From Octopus vulgaris (lineage: Eukaryota): 64,000 nucleotides of DNA. Shown here piece by piece: positions 25,142-38,149 of this stretch. Where the stretch lies: NCBI GenBank assembly GCA_951406725.2, contig OX597817.1, positions 109,616,001 through 109,680,000 on the forward strand, in the 5' to 3' direction. Position 1 is the first letter of the stretch. Every line of letters starts with the position of its first letter. The position numbers and the translations under genes are program-made. The notes beneath the pieces were generated by a model that saw nothing but the letters and a program-made list of their open reading frames with translations, was not told the DNA's origin and searched no databases.

Positions 25142-25213
<72 letters not shown>

Positions 25214-25425
25214 TGTACGTATGTATATTGCTTGTTTGTATGAAGGTATGATGTATGTATGGGTGTGCAGATCTGTATGTGTGCATGCATGTATATATGT
25301 AAATATGTAGGAATTTAAATGGTTATAAAAATATTCACACAGTTACCGAACACGCATAAATACAAACACACGTAGGCAAACATGCATGTTGACATATATA
25401 CATACATATATACATACATACCGTA

Positions 25426-25661
25426 GAGGCGCAATGGCCTAGTGGTTAGGGCAGCGGACTCGCGGTCGCAGGATCGCGGTTTCGATTCTCAGACCGGGCG
25501 TTGTGTGTGTTTATTGAGCGAAAACACCTAAAAGCTCTACGAGGCTCCGGCAGGGGGTGGTGATCCCTGCTGTACTCTTTCACCACAATGGCGGTGCCCC
25601 AGCATGGCCACAGCTCAAGAGCTGAAACTGGAAAAATAAAATAAATAAAAAAAAAAAAAAA
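25426..25661 (+). mobile_element. Chimeric SINE: type 3 head fused to CR1-LINE 3' tail plus poly(A)
   Basis: Follows the 11930 copy up to ctctttcaccacaa (~25588), then switches to tggcggtgccccagcatggccacagctcaagagctgaaact, which matches the LINE tail at 3137-3180. Confidence 0.85.
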
Positions 25662-28600
25662 TACATACATGTACGCATGCGAAACAAAATATTAACACCA
25701 ATGTATGGATTTTTTTCTTTTTATATATAGGCGTAAAGTCTCTCCTCCCACCACACACACACATACATACACGCACACGTAAATACAAAATATACATATA
25801 CAATGTACATAAATGTAATGCCTACATAAATACGTACAAACATATATATCGCACATATCCTGGCTACTGTCTTTCGCTTTCAGCACCCACTCCAACATCT
25901 ATGTAATCATCTACCTCTTCTCTCTTTCATCGTCAATATAGTTGTAGAAGTACGGAGACTTATCCATCGTCACCTGTCTATTGTCATCAGATCCAACCGC
26001 AGTTGTCACAACAATCACTTTTATAAACACATCAACCCACGTACATTTCATGCAACTCACCGACCGACAAACGCTAAGTTGTTATCAAGTAACGCCAGCT
26101 TCATTAAAAGAGCGTGAGGGGTTGCCTGCTTGCTGCATAGCAGATTCTATGAAATATTGTTCTTGCTGCTGTTGTTAGCCTTCGTCGCCGAGATCTATGA
26201 TATCTGTATACTCTAGTCATGACCATCTCTAAGTTTTTTTTTGTTTGTTTTTGTTTGCCTTTTATTTTTTAAGATCTCTAAGAAATCTACATTTTATGTG
26301 CCTTTCCCACTGGTACGCTGAGTGATTTGAGTGGGATTTTAGCTGCGGTTCTAGTAGATCAAGAAATCGCGTGCACCATCTCTTTGTTCTTCTAAAATTC
26401 AGTTTTAAGATTACCGAGGAATAATGATGCGGGTTAAAAGTTTCCGCAGCACGGTTTTTACCTGCGCCTCTCTGATGCAAGATGCAGTGTGCGTGGGGGG
26501 AAGATCATGAGGTGGAATGGTGGACGGTGGGACACTCTGGGTAACCATCTCCTTCCATGATATCTTCCCCTTTCATAATTTCCTTAACTGCTGATTCATG
26601 CATGTTTGTGTGTGTGCATGTATGTATGCAAATATATATGTATATATGTGTGTATATACACACACACATACGTTTTATTTATTATACTTATATGTTATAA
26701 AGAAGCTATAATATATATATATATAAATTTCTTGTTTTGCTCGTTTTTTTTCCCATTTCTGTAATTCCTATGCATTGACAACAGATTCTAAAGAAACCAT
26801 TCATGCGTTCTCTTCCATGGTTCCTTTCGCTAAAAGCGTCTTTAAAATATTCACAACCAAAAATGTACTGAAACACATCTAATCATGCATTCATTTGTCA
26901 AATACGCTTTTAGTAAATCATATCGCATACTTAATCATCTATAATCTAGATTAAAATAATACCGTATTTTAAAACTCACTTCTTTCCCATATATCATTTT
27001 CATTTTCTTAATTGTTCATATATTATGTTATGGGTACACATACGGTCGTGTGCATTACAAGTTCCCTTCATAACTACAGTGGTTACGTGTGATACCCTTC
27101 CACTAGTGAAGTAAGGCAGGCGGTAAGGGTATCTTCATGTTGCTAATGTTTTACTGTTTGTTTTTCAGTTACCATCTTGGGTTGGACCGTTGCACATTGC
27201 GCATTTCTCTGTTGAAACGTATTTCAGAAATAGTGAGGTTTTCTGTTTTTGACCACATCCAGTATCTTCTGCCATACCCACTGATCGATTGAAAACTTGT
27301 TGGAAGATATAAACTAGGTGGAAGCTCGATGGAAGGAGAGTTTCTGTTAATGAATGGTAGACTTCATCAGTCGCCCTGTTTAACAGTACTACTTGGTCCT
27401 GCGTACCTTTATCGAAGTACATAACTGTTGTAAACAAACATTCTGCCTAGGTCTCCGGTCATAGAATATACGATACCTTTCTCATTTTAGTCATCAAAGA
27501 GATCCTGAAAAGAGCTATGGATGCTGTCTTGTCCCTCTGATCAAAGCTAGATAAAAATAGTTATTGTCTTGTATGACTAATGATATATTTTTAATTCTAA
27601 AGTTAGATAGTTTCACGGCTTCAACAGCGTCTCTGATTTCTGCTGGCTGCGTTGTGACTGAGTGGGCGGATAGGATACTGGCTAAATGACACAGCTATTG
27701 AACTACATAGAAACTCCGACATGAAATCATTTCATTCTTTGCAGATATCGGTGAAAACCTAACGTCATAGCAACATTGTCACTCTCACACCGCAGAATTC
27801 AGTTCTCCAGCTTCTATTAACAGACACGCATTATGAACGCTTATGCCATAACTTCTTAAATGTCGAATACGCGCTAACGTCCCAGTGTGCTGTGACTGCA
27901 GCTGGGTTTCTTTCCTCGGTTGTCTCAATCTAACTTCATGAATTCTGCCAGTGGACTTCTGAAAAATATTTATAAGTTGTGTTCCTCTTTCCTCTTTTTA
28001 ATAAAAAATGAGTTGTGCTTATGGAAAATATTACACATATATTTTGTTCCTTCAAACAATGGCAGAGACAGAGCAGTGGTAAGCTGGTCATAAGTCCTGT
28101 TAGTGATCTGGTTTCGTATCTCTATCAACAGCGTTTCTCTTCAATTGTATTACTAACACGCATTCGTACACTGAATATATACATTGGTACTAGTAGGGTT
28201 GCTGCAAGTCTGATTGGTATTATCATTTCGATATCACATCGTACTCAGAATTAGAGTACCAGTAGAGTATGGTTCGGTGGTGTCGATAGCCCTTTCCCTT
28301 TCAAATTGTTGGGTTTGTGCCTAACTCTTTACATTCTGAGCTGAAATCCCACGTTAAACTTCGCCCTTCATCCCTCTGAGATGAAAGGAAGTAAATTTCA
28401 TTGCTTATCCCTAGATCTTGATTTATGTCTAGAAAATATTATCTTAATTGTGTCGGACAAAATACTGTATAACATTTAGTTAAGCCCTTTCATGTTCTGA
28501 GTACAAGTCATAAAGTCACTTTAGCCTTTCATCCTCTCGCATTGATCAAATAAGCACCAGTCAAGTACCGAGTCGATATTGCCAACAGTTCCTTTCGCCA

Positions 28601-29818
28601 AAATTTCTGGCCTTGTAGTAATTATTAGAAATTATCATTATCTCAATAATCATCCAATATGGAGTGACGAATTCGTAGGAGCACCGGATTATATGACCTA
28701 CAATATTTTAATTCGTTCGTCTACTTTCTGATATCAAATGATGCCAAGGCCGAGTCGATTTGACCAATCTTTATTTCTGGACTCGACGAAAAACCAGCAA
28801 TATACTGGTATAACAACATTACACGTCCGTATAAAAGAATACCACAACCTCCTTATCAACATCCGTAACACCATAAAGAGTTGGCAGCAACGAAAAGATG
28901 CCAAAGCGTTTTTCTTGCTATTGTTTAACCCAGATCAGTCTTGAACGAATATATTTGTAAACTATAAGCATACCAGCCGTGACTATTACATATTTTTAAA
29001 ATTCACCCTACATCATCCAATATGTCCATTTTTATTAAAGACGTAATTTGAAGGAAATTTAGCTGCGAGCAGCTAGTTCTGGCAGGTCAGGTATCTACAT
29101 GTGCTTTCGTTTCAATATTTCTTCCGTTTTATGTTATTTTATTTTTATTTTTTAAGTTACTTCAGAGAGATTTGGTTAATATTTCGTCTGGCCCAATGGT
29201 AGTATGCGTAAGCTCTTATATTCCAACGTATTCTTTCTTTCCCCATGATATAATCTACGGTTTGAGGGTGAATTGGTTACTATTATGTAAGATTGATTTT
29301 CTATGTACAGATAATTTCATTTTAATAGTTGCTTCCTATTACAAGATGTAGAATGGGATTTGAGGTAGATTTAGCAACTATTTCTGATAGGCCGAGTGAC
29401 CACGCTATTTCCTAATTCTAAAGGGAACGCCCTCCAAATGGCTGTATGTAATTCGGGAGAAATATGACTGCTGTATCTATCAGGTCTAGCGAAGACGCCA
29501 AGAATGTTGCTTTTCAAGTGAATTCGTGTGTCTGAAGATACTGAAATCTGTAATGCAAAGATCTGGCAAATTGCAAACGTTAGACAATAAGTTGTGTCGA
29601 ACAGTTTTAGAGCATAATTATTGTTTTTTTTAATTCCTTCATACACACATCTCTGTTAGATACAGCATATTACAATTATATGAAGGCTTTTAATGGTGAT
29701 AATAACAATTTCTACAGTGGGAGCACTGTCGTCAATGGTTGCCTTATGTGAGATATTGCGTTGGTTAGATAAATTGCAATGAATAACTGTTGAAAATCCA
29801 GCTTTTCTATAGTTTCTA

Positions 29819-29864
<46 letters not shown>

Positions 29865-29869
<5 letters not shown>

Positions 29870-30270
29870 GTAAATGAAATATGTGACAATTATTCGAAAG
29901 GCATGATAAAACTCCGAGGTTCAGATGTCGGGGTGGAAATCCACGCCGCCATCTCTTCAGCTATCCGGCCATCGGAAATGACCGTTTAACAAAGGGAAAT
30001 TACTGTGTGATTGACCGTTATTAAGACAAAAATGCTATTTGAATGACCGCTAAGTGAGGGGATGGAGAAAATGTTTTTGAGTGAGGCAACTCTCTTGAGT
30101 AAAAGGTCATTTTCATAGCATTTTTTCCAAAAGCCGGATAACTGAAGAAATAGTGGCGTGGATTTCCACCCCGACATCCGAAACTCGGGGTTTTATCATA
30201 GCTACCTTAATAACTGTCACATATTACATTTACAGATAAATTCCTCTATTTACACAATATCGAGGTCTCT
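29865..30270. mobile_element. Fold-back element: ~105-bp inverted arms, each with a hammerhead-like motif
   Basis: Arm 29865-29969 is the reverse complement of 30133-30238. Plus-strand motif: GAUAA CUGAAGA ..GUGGA-uu-UCCAC.. C GAAA CUCGGGG UU UUAUC (30137-30197). Flanked by (TA)n on the left. Confidence 0.75.
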
Positions 30271-30284
30271 TATATAAATAAGTT

Positions 30285-30647
30285 GGAGTTGGCATCCTTT
30301 TTGTCTCAGGAGACAATGGAGTTGCGCATAAAGTAGTCTAGTCCGGCTTTTACATTTCATGTCCTGATACATACAGTTTTGCGCAGGCCTGGGCTAGAGA
30401 TAAGAAAGTCCTGGGTAGTCCAATCGTCAGGTTTCCTCTCTCGACCTTGCTGATGTAGTCCAAAGGAGTGCAGTGCATTACGTTCGGCACCAGCTTGGTT
30501 GCAGGAGCTGCCGGAAGAGTGTCGAGTCGAACACTAAACCGCCTTCGGGGCTCCACTCCGGATTTCTTCGAGGTTGTCTCCTTTCCGTAACCCTGGATAG
30601 GGGCTCATACCGGGTACTGTCAGCCGGAGCCAGCTGAGCCCACTACC
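30285..30647 (-). mobile_element. Short RTE (BovB-like)-derived non-autonomous retroelement
   Basis: The minus-strand 3' end ccattgtctcctgagacaaaaggatgcc resembles RTE tails. The internal plus-strand motifs cggcaccagc..gcaggagctgccgga..gccttcggggctccactccggattt resemble RTE 5' UTR sequence (from recall). No ORF. Confidence 0.6.
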
Positions 30648-30719
30648 TTTATATATATATATAAGATATATATAAGATATATATATAAGATATGTATATA
30701 TATATATATATATCTTATA

Positions 30720-30761
<42 letters not shown>

Positions 30762-30773
30762 TATGCTCTCTTA

Positions 30774-30941
30774 TACTTGTTTCAGTCATTTGACTGCGGC
30801 CAACTCGACCCCGGGACTTATTCTTTTGTAAGCCCAGTACTTATTCTATCGGTCTCTTTTGCCGAACCACTAAGTAACGGGGACATAAACACACCAGCAT
30901 CGGTTGTCAAGCAATGCTAGGGGGAGACACACAAACACACA

Positions 30942-30978
<37 letters not shown>

Positions 30979-31141
30979 GATGTGCTTCTTTCAGTTTCCG
31001 TCTACCAAATCCACTCACAAGGCTGTGGTCGGCCCGAGGCTATAGTAGAAGACACTTGCCCAAGGTGCCACGCAGTGGGACTGAACCCGGAACCATGTGG
31101 TTGGTAAACAAGCTACTTACCACACAGCCACTCCTGCGCCT
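30774..31141 (-). mobile_element. SINE type 2 (young, small deletion in tail); additional partial copy at 31333-31520
   Basis: Near identity to 8838-9241. Confidence 0.9.
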
Positions 31142-31278
31142 ATATATATATATGAATATATATATATATATATAAGTAATATATATATATAAATAAATTA
31201 TATATATAAATTCTATACATACATACAAATATATATATATATATAAATTTTCTCTGTCTCTGTCTCTCTCTCTCTCTC

Positions 31279-31318
<40 letters not shown>

Positions 31319-32460
31319 TATTATATATATACTTTTACTCGTTTCAGTCATTTGACTGCGCTTATGCTGGAGCACCGCCATCAGTCGAACGAATCAATCC
31401 CAGGACGTATTCTTTGTAATCCTAGTAATTATTCTATTGGTCTATTTTGTCGAACCGCTAATTTACGGGGACGTAAACACACCAGCATCGGTTGTCAAGC
31501 GATGTTGGGGGACAAACACACACACACAACCATACACACACATACACACACACACATATATATTTATATATATATATATATATCTTCCATTTTCCTGAGC
31601 GCCTAATAATAATAATACTGTAATTGTTCCACGTGTTGTTGTTTTTTCTGTTTTCCCGTTTGGATTAACCTATATATATATATATATATACATATATATA
31701 TCACGTGATCACGTGACCGACCAGACCATCAGATGTTCTTGCACATCGCTGGTCACAATGCGTTCGCATTGTTTTAGCCTTCGAGTGACGCCACCCCGTC
31801 GTATATATGTTTAAATATATACGACGGGCTTGTTTCAGTTTCCATGGAAAATCCACTCACAAGGCCTTGATCGGACCGTGGCTAAAAAGTGATAGGCAAG
31901 ACTATGTTTGAAAAAAGTTACATTATTTAAGTAAAAATGTACATACAAGCAGTGAAAAATCCAAAGAGAACTTAACAAGGAAAAAGCATCGATCACACTC
32001 AAGACCGGCCGGTCTATTCAAGAGAATTACTTTACTCAAGAACTAGCCCGGATAGGGGAGACAATCAGAAAAAGTAGGGACAAAAACGAATATATGAAGA
32101 AGAAAATTATTATAAATTTACAAGGGATAGACAATAGCGTATGCACTTAACACATAAGGATATACAGTCATATACATATATATGCATGCACATATACACA
32201 ACACACACATATACACACACACAAAATCGGGCATATACTCACACATACATATACAGGTGTGCATGTAGGAGGTAGGACACAAGTAAAATAAAGAAATACG
32301 TATTCACATAAGATTATATGAGTAGATATGCATATATGCACATACATACACACGCATATACATATATATACACATACACACACCTACAAACACATACATA
32401 AAACATAAATATGCACATACAAGTACATGCACACATATTCATAAGCATATACACACGTAT

Positions 32461-32529
<69 letters not shown>

Positions 32530-32634
32530 CACAGATATGCGTACGTGTTAATGTACCCATTCACAAGAACATGCATATTCAGACAAAACAAGTATACATA
32601 CATCCACACCTACATATACTTGTATGTATGTATG

Positions 32635-32668
<34 letters not shown>

Positions 32669-32800
32669 TGTATGTATGTATGTATGTATGTATGTATGTA
32701 TGTATGTATGTATGTATGTATGTATGTATGTATGTATGTATGTATGTATGTATGTATGCATGTATGTATGCATGTATGTACGTATATATATATATATATT

Positions 32801-32875
<75 letters not shown>

Positions 32876-33048
32876 TTAGATTATTTTATTTATTAGGAAA
32901 TAAGAATTTCGGCGTCACAGGGATTCAAATAAAATGAATTATTCTCGATAAGGAAATATGTTATTTAGAGATGGAAGTCCCCATGCAATATAACTGTTAA
33001 AATATTAAAATATAGAAATTGTTATTGAATTATAATAAAGTTATCAAT

Positions 33049-33143
33049 AGTCCTGACGATTGGGGTTGCAGTTAAGACATGTTCTTGTAAAAGACTGAGT
33101 GTCTAAGGAATGTTAAACGCAGCTTATGAAACCCGTGTAGAAG
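33049..33143 (+). ncRNA. Type I hammerhead ribozyme motif with 68-nt stem II
   Basis: UC CUGACGA (33053-33059), stem II pairings GGGUUGC/GCAGCUU, GACAU/AUGUU and UUCUUG/UAAGGA, then GAAA (33128-33131) CCCGUG UA GA. Stem III is one change from the palindrome ACACGUGU. Flanked by an inverted repeat 32956-32989/33215-33248. Confidence 0.55.
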
Positions 33144-33516
33144 AGAAATTTAGAACAGATTAGTATTAAAATAAAATTCCATGATATGGTGTGATGTATA
33201 TCAGAATTTGATGAATTGCATGGGGACTTCTATCTCTAAATAACATATATATATGTATATAAATACATATGTGTATATATGAGCATACATATACACACAT
33301 ACACATAAAAATACACATACATATATACATATGTACATATATACACATACATACACATACGTACATATATATACACACATATAAAAACAGGAGCACAAGT
33401 GCATAAACATGCCCGCACAAGCACACAAATATACGTACATGCGTAGACAGAGAATACGTACATACCCATAACGTAAGAGTGTAATAAGAGCTAAAAAGAA
33501 GAAAGCAAAGAGGTAA

Positions 33517-33760
33517 TTAGTAACACCATGTTAAGTTAATGAAGAGAAATTTGGTCATATGTTTACAAGAGCAAACTCTTTCATCTCCCGAATTTAAGAT
33601 AGAACCGTTCATTTTCATAATTATATAAGACTGTTCAAGGCATAGAAGGCGCGTTCTATTTCTAATCCTATAAAAGGGGGCAGAAGAAACAATATTCCAA
33701 GAAAATGAGAAATTTGTGTTGTCACTTTTAAGGTACCATACCTTTTGGGATAAACTAGTA
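33517..33760 (-). pseudogene. C-terminal fragment of a Penelope-like GIY-YIG endonuclease (same type as 54663-55601)
   Basis: TSLSQKVWYLKSDNTNFSFSWNIVSSAPFYRIRNRTRLLCLEQSYIIMK..ILNSGDERVCSCKH aligns with TGLSAYIWELKSKNLDFRLNWKILTSAPVYNGKNKKCSLCINEIFFIIK..IINNINEKNFFCIH. Confidence 0.75.
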
Positions 33761-33792
33761 TATATATGTACGCACACAACATACACAAACAC

Positions 33793-33847
<55 letters not shown>

Positions 33848-33941
33848 CTAGTATATATATGTACATATATATAAACTAATATATATATAAATAAATTATA
33901 TATATACATATATATATAAATAAATTTTATATATACATATG

Positions 33942-33997
<56 letters not shown>

Positions 33998-34988
33998 ATA
34001 TATACATATAAATATATATATATACATATATACATATACATATATACATATATATATATAAATTATATATATATAAATATATATAAATTATATATATATA
34101 TAGATAGATAGACAGACAGACTGACAGACGTGTGTGTGTATACATATGTATATGTATGTATGTTGACATATATATATTAGTGTGCATCGCTCGCTTTCTC
34201 TCGTATATATATATATATATCAAATGCACCATGATCGAAGCTGGTACGCTTATGACTGTGCATCGACTTGCTGGTGGCCAGTGGTAAGGAGTAAAGTCAG
34301 TTAACATTACTACCCACCAAATATGCGCGAAGTGTGTGCGTATGAAAAGCAAACTCGTCGCGTAACGCTTTACTTACGACCTTCACCCGTCACTTATCAA
34401 AGCTAGTAACTTATAAATCATAATTCCACGTACGCAAATAATATTATGACTGCATCAACAATTAGCTTAAGCACTTAGAATCATCGAACTCTACCTCCAC
34501 CGCCTACCAGCACCCACTGAGGAGCTCTTCACCAGCACCAACACCACCACTCAACAACTATCATTCCATGGAAACATCCATGATCCCAACTATAGCACTC
34601 TTCCAGCAACGACCTTCACCCGTCAACTACCGACCTACTGACACAAACAAAACAAAGATTCTACTGCTAAACACTATGGTAGACTATGACTGCAACAAAC
34701 GTAGAATCCAGGCGCAGCAAGCAACAGTACGGAGCAGCAGGAACCCAGCATCCATCACACAACCCCTACCATTCCAACAAAGAACCCATGATCCCAACCA
34801 CAGTAATCTATATACAGACACCACTACTACCGCCACCATTGTTATACTACTATACCCCCTTAACATACATAAGCTCCCTAAACTTAAGATTGTCGTCACT
34901 CAGATATAAGATGGAACTGATTTTTTTCTCTTTGTCTCTTGCTATTGTTGCAGTTCTCTTTCTTTTCCTTCTTCTTCTTCTTCTTCTT

Positions 34989-35019
<31 letters not shown>

Positions 35020-35712
35020 TCATCATCCGTTCGGGGCTGATAAATTAAGTACCAAGTGAAACACTTGGGTCGATGTAATCGATTATCCCCCTTCCCCTCA
35101 AATTCCAGACCTTTTGCCTTTAGTAGAAAGGATTATTTAATATTATTATTATTATTATTGAGTGAGAGAGCAGTTCATGCCATCAAAGTGACACTGGGGT
35201 AAAATATACGAAGCCCAATATACCCATCATGACTACCCGTCTGATAAAGGTACACCAGGCACATGCATCACAACCATATGTGCGCGACATGGTGATCTCA
35301 TATCAAGATAAACAGCACATGACCTTGCAGGTGGGGCCCAGTTAGAATTTTCTTCAGGTTGAGTAGCCCATCCCGCTCAAACGGTTCCTGAATAAGGGTT
35401 GTTTAAGGATGTTGAAAGAACCACCCATGTTTCCAGAGGTGAACTATTCAAACCCCAAAGAATCCCTCTCAACACATGGCTATGATGCTCCCCCACTACT
35501 TCTGCTCATGATCAGAGATGCACATATCGTCAGCCACTAAGGGACATGCTCAACTGGTTAAGGTCAAACAACTGACAAGCAAATCTGTGGTATTGAGCAG
35601 AATATTTGCTGTAGCCCATCTTTTATACCAAGACAAAACAATGTACATGATAACACTTCCAATCAGTTAAGATCAGAAGCCATGAGAGCCACTGCCTGGT
35701 ACTGCATCAGGG

Positions 35713-35763
<51 letters not shown>

Positions 35764-35908
35764 GAAGGTCAAGGAATTCTGCCGAGGTCGACTTTACCTT
35801 TCATCCTTTCGGGGTCGATAAAAAACAAGTACTAGTCGAGAACTGAGGTCGATGTAACCGACTAATCCCCTCACCCAATTTTCAGGCTTTATGCCTATAT
35901 TAGAAAGG

Positions 35909-35944
<36 letters not shown>

Positions 35945-36360
35945 ATTCTTCTTTTTATTATTATTATCATTATTATTATTATTATTATTATTACAAAGGC
36001 AAGGTCGTTCTTTGCGGAATTTGAACGTTATGAGTTCAAGTGCCGAGCAGGACGACTTTACCTTTCGTCATTTCGGGGTTGATAAAATAAGTAGAAGCTG
36101 GGCACCCGCTTTTCCGAAACTGCTGGCCTTGCGCCTAGAGTAGAAAAGATTATTATCGTCATAAAGCACGTCGGGCAAAATGCTTGGTGGCATTTCGTCC
36201 GTCTTTACGTTCTGAGTTCAAATTCCGCCGAGGTCGACTTTGCCTTTTATCCTTTCGGAGACGATAAATTAAGTGCCAGTTGAGCACTGAGGGGTCAGCG
36301 TAATTGACTATCCTCCTCTCCACTAATTTCAGGGCTTGTGCCTATAGTAGAAAGGATTAT
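35020..36360 (+). mobile_element. Array of about 4 SINE type 1 copies separated by (ATT)n
   Basis: Central-domain blocks at ~35025, 35790, 36055 and 36235, each ending in a ggccttgtgcctatagtagaaaggattatt-like tail B. Confidence 0.82.
35160..35713. mobile_element. 554-bp higher-GC insertion within an (ATT)n tract, probable non-autonomous retroelement
   Basis: Sharp composition change, bounded on both sides by (ATT)n, no ORF of 60 aa or more, and lies inside a SINE type 1 array. Confidence 0.5.
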
Positions 36361-36896
36361 GATCATCATCATCATTATCCTTCTTTTATCCTCTTGAACC
36401 CCTATTTAGCCTTAGTTCTATAGACCGGTGATGATAGACATTCAAGCAGTGACAAACTCTTTTTGTTTTTTTTACATTTTTCCTATGTACCATGGTCCAA
36501 GATCTGATCGCCCAATGCGGCCTTTGCTACCTAAATTGAGGGAGATTTGGCTGTTGTATTTAGCATATCGAGCAAACACTTGGATTTTCCCAATATGAAT
36601 CATACCCAATCGTCTTCAAAAGGGAAAAACACATTGCATAATGTACTCAATGGTAAAATATATTTATACTGTCAAAGTTCGAAAGGGTTAAACTAGGACT
36701 AAACAACAAGACACCAGCGTCAAGTGTAAGCAAACGTTTATTAGTTGCGAAGACAATATATGCAAATGATTATTAGATGTGAACACAAACGGTACACAGA
36801 TAGATACGTATATATATATGCTTGTGTGTGCATGCATTTATGTACATTATGTAATATTACATATATATTATATAAGTATTTAATATTAATAATAAT

Positions 36897-37460
36897 TCTT
36901 TCTAATATAGGCACAAGGCTGGAAAGTTGGTGGAGGAGTATAGTCGTTTACATCGACCGCGGTGTTTCACTGGTACTTAATTTATCGACCTTGAAAGGAT
37001 GAAAGGCAAAGTCGAACTTGGTAGAATTTGAACTGAGACGTAGCGAAATGTCGTTAACCGTTTCGTCCAGCAGGCTAACGATTCTACCGGCTCGCTGCTT
37101 TGATAAAAATAGTAATGATAATTTTATTTTATTTCTTTAATGCTCACAGAGGACTAAACATAGAGGTGACAAGCAAGGACAGACAATGGGATTAAGTCGA
37201 TTGCATCGACCTCAGTGCGTAACAGGTACATGATAATAATAATGATAATGGTTTCAAATTTTGCCACAAGGTCAGCAGTTTTGGGGGAAGGAATAAGTCG
37301 ATTACATCGACCCGGTGTTCCACTGGTACTTAATTTATCGATCCCGATAGGTTGAGAGGCAAAATCGACCTCGGCAGAATTTGAACTCAGAACGTAGCTG
37401 CGGACTAAATACCGCTAAGCATTTCGTCCAGTGTGCTAATGATTCTGCCAGCTCGCTTCC
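36897..37460 (-). mobile_element. Array of SINE type 1 copies (tails B, A and C)
   Basis: Reverse-complement copies at 36897-37100, 37135-37230 and 37250-37460. Confidence 0.82.
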
Positions 37461-37498
37461 TTGATAAAAATAATAATAATATATTCTTAATGTATACA

Positions 37499-37552
<54 letters not shown>

Positions 37553-37599
37553 ATATAAAACTGTATATATTTATATATAAAATATACATACAGACACCC

Positions 37600-37774
<175 letters not shown>

Positions 37775-38149
37775 TGACAGATAAATGCATATTTGTATTT
37801 ATATGTAACTAAGTTTATTTATGGATTTATTTATGGCATTAAATATTATCCTGTACGCAATTTGGAATGTGTATATAGGTGCTGGAGTATAGCTCTTATT
37901 AACTGTTAATCGAGTCAGTGCCTCTATGCAAACGCACGGCTACTTATTGTGTGTGCACCTAGTTACGTTAGCTGAATCTCTTAACAACACATAAGTAGCA
38001 CTGAAAGCTAGGTGTCACTTTAATACACAAGTGAATTTATCATGTTGTCATTGGAAAATCAATTAGATAACGACTTACAGTTTAAATGTAGACACAAGTT
38101 TCTAGTAAAATTTCTCCTCAGAGATTTGGGATTTCTAACGATAATTGCC

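Noticed and set aside
27110-27440. Splice-acceptor-like tttttcag at 27168 and the 90-aa minus ORF 27165-27437 as host exons
   Set aside because: All three + frames stop within ~125 nt, and neither strand gives a recognisable protein motif.
29040-29500. CRISPR-like repeat/spacer appearance (also the SINE arrays)
   Set aside because: Units are highly degenerate, match an interspersed eukaryotic repeat, and there are no cas genes.
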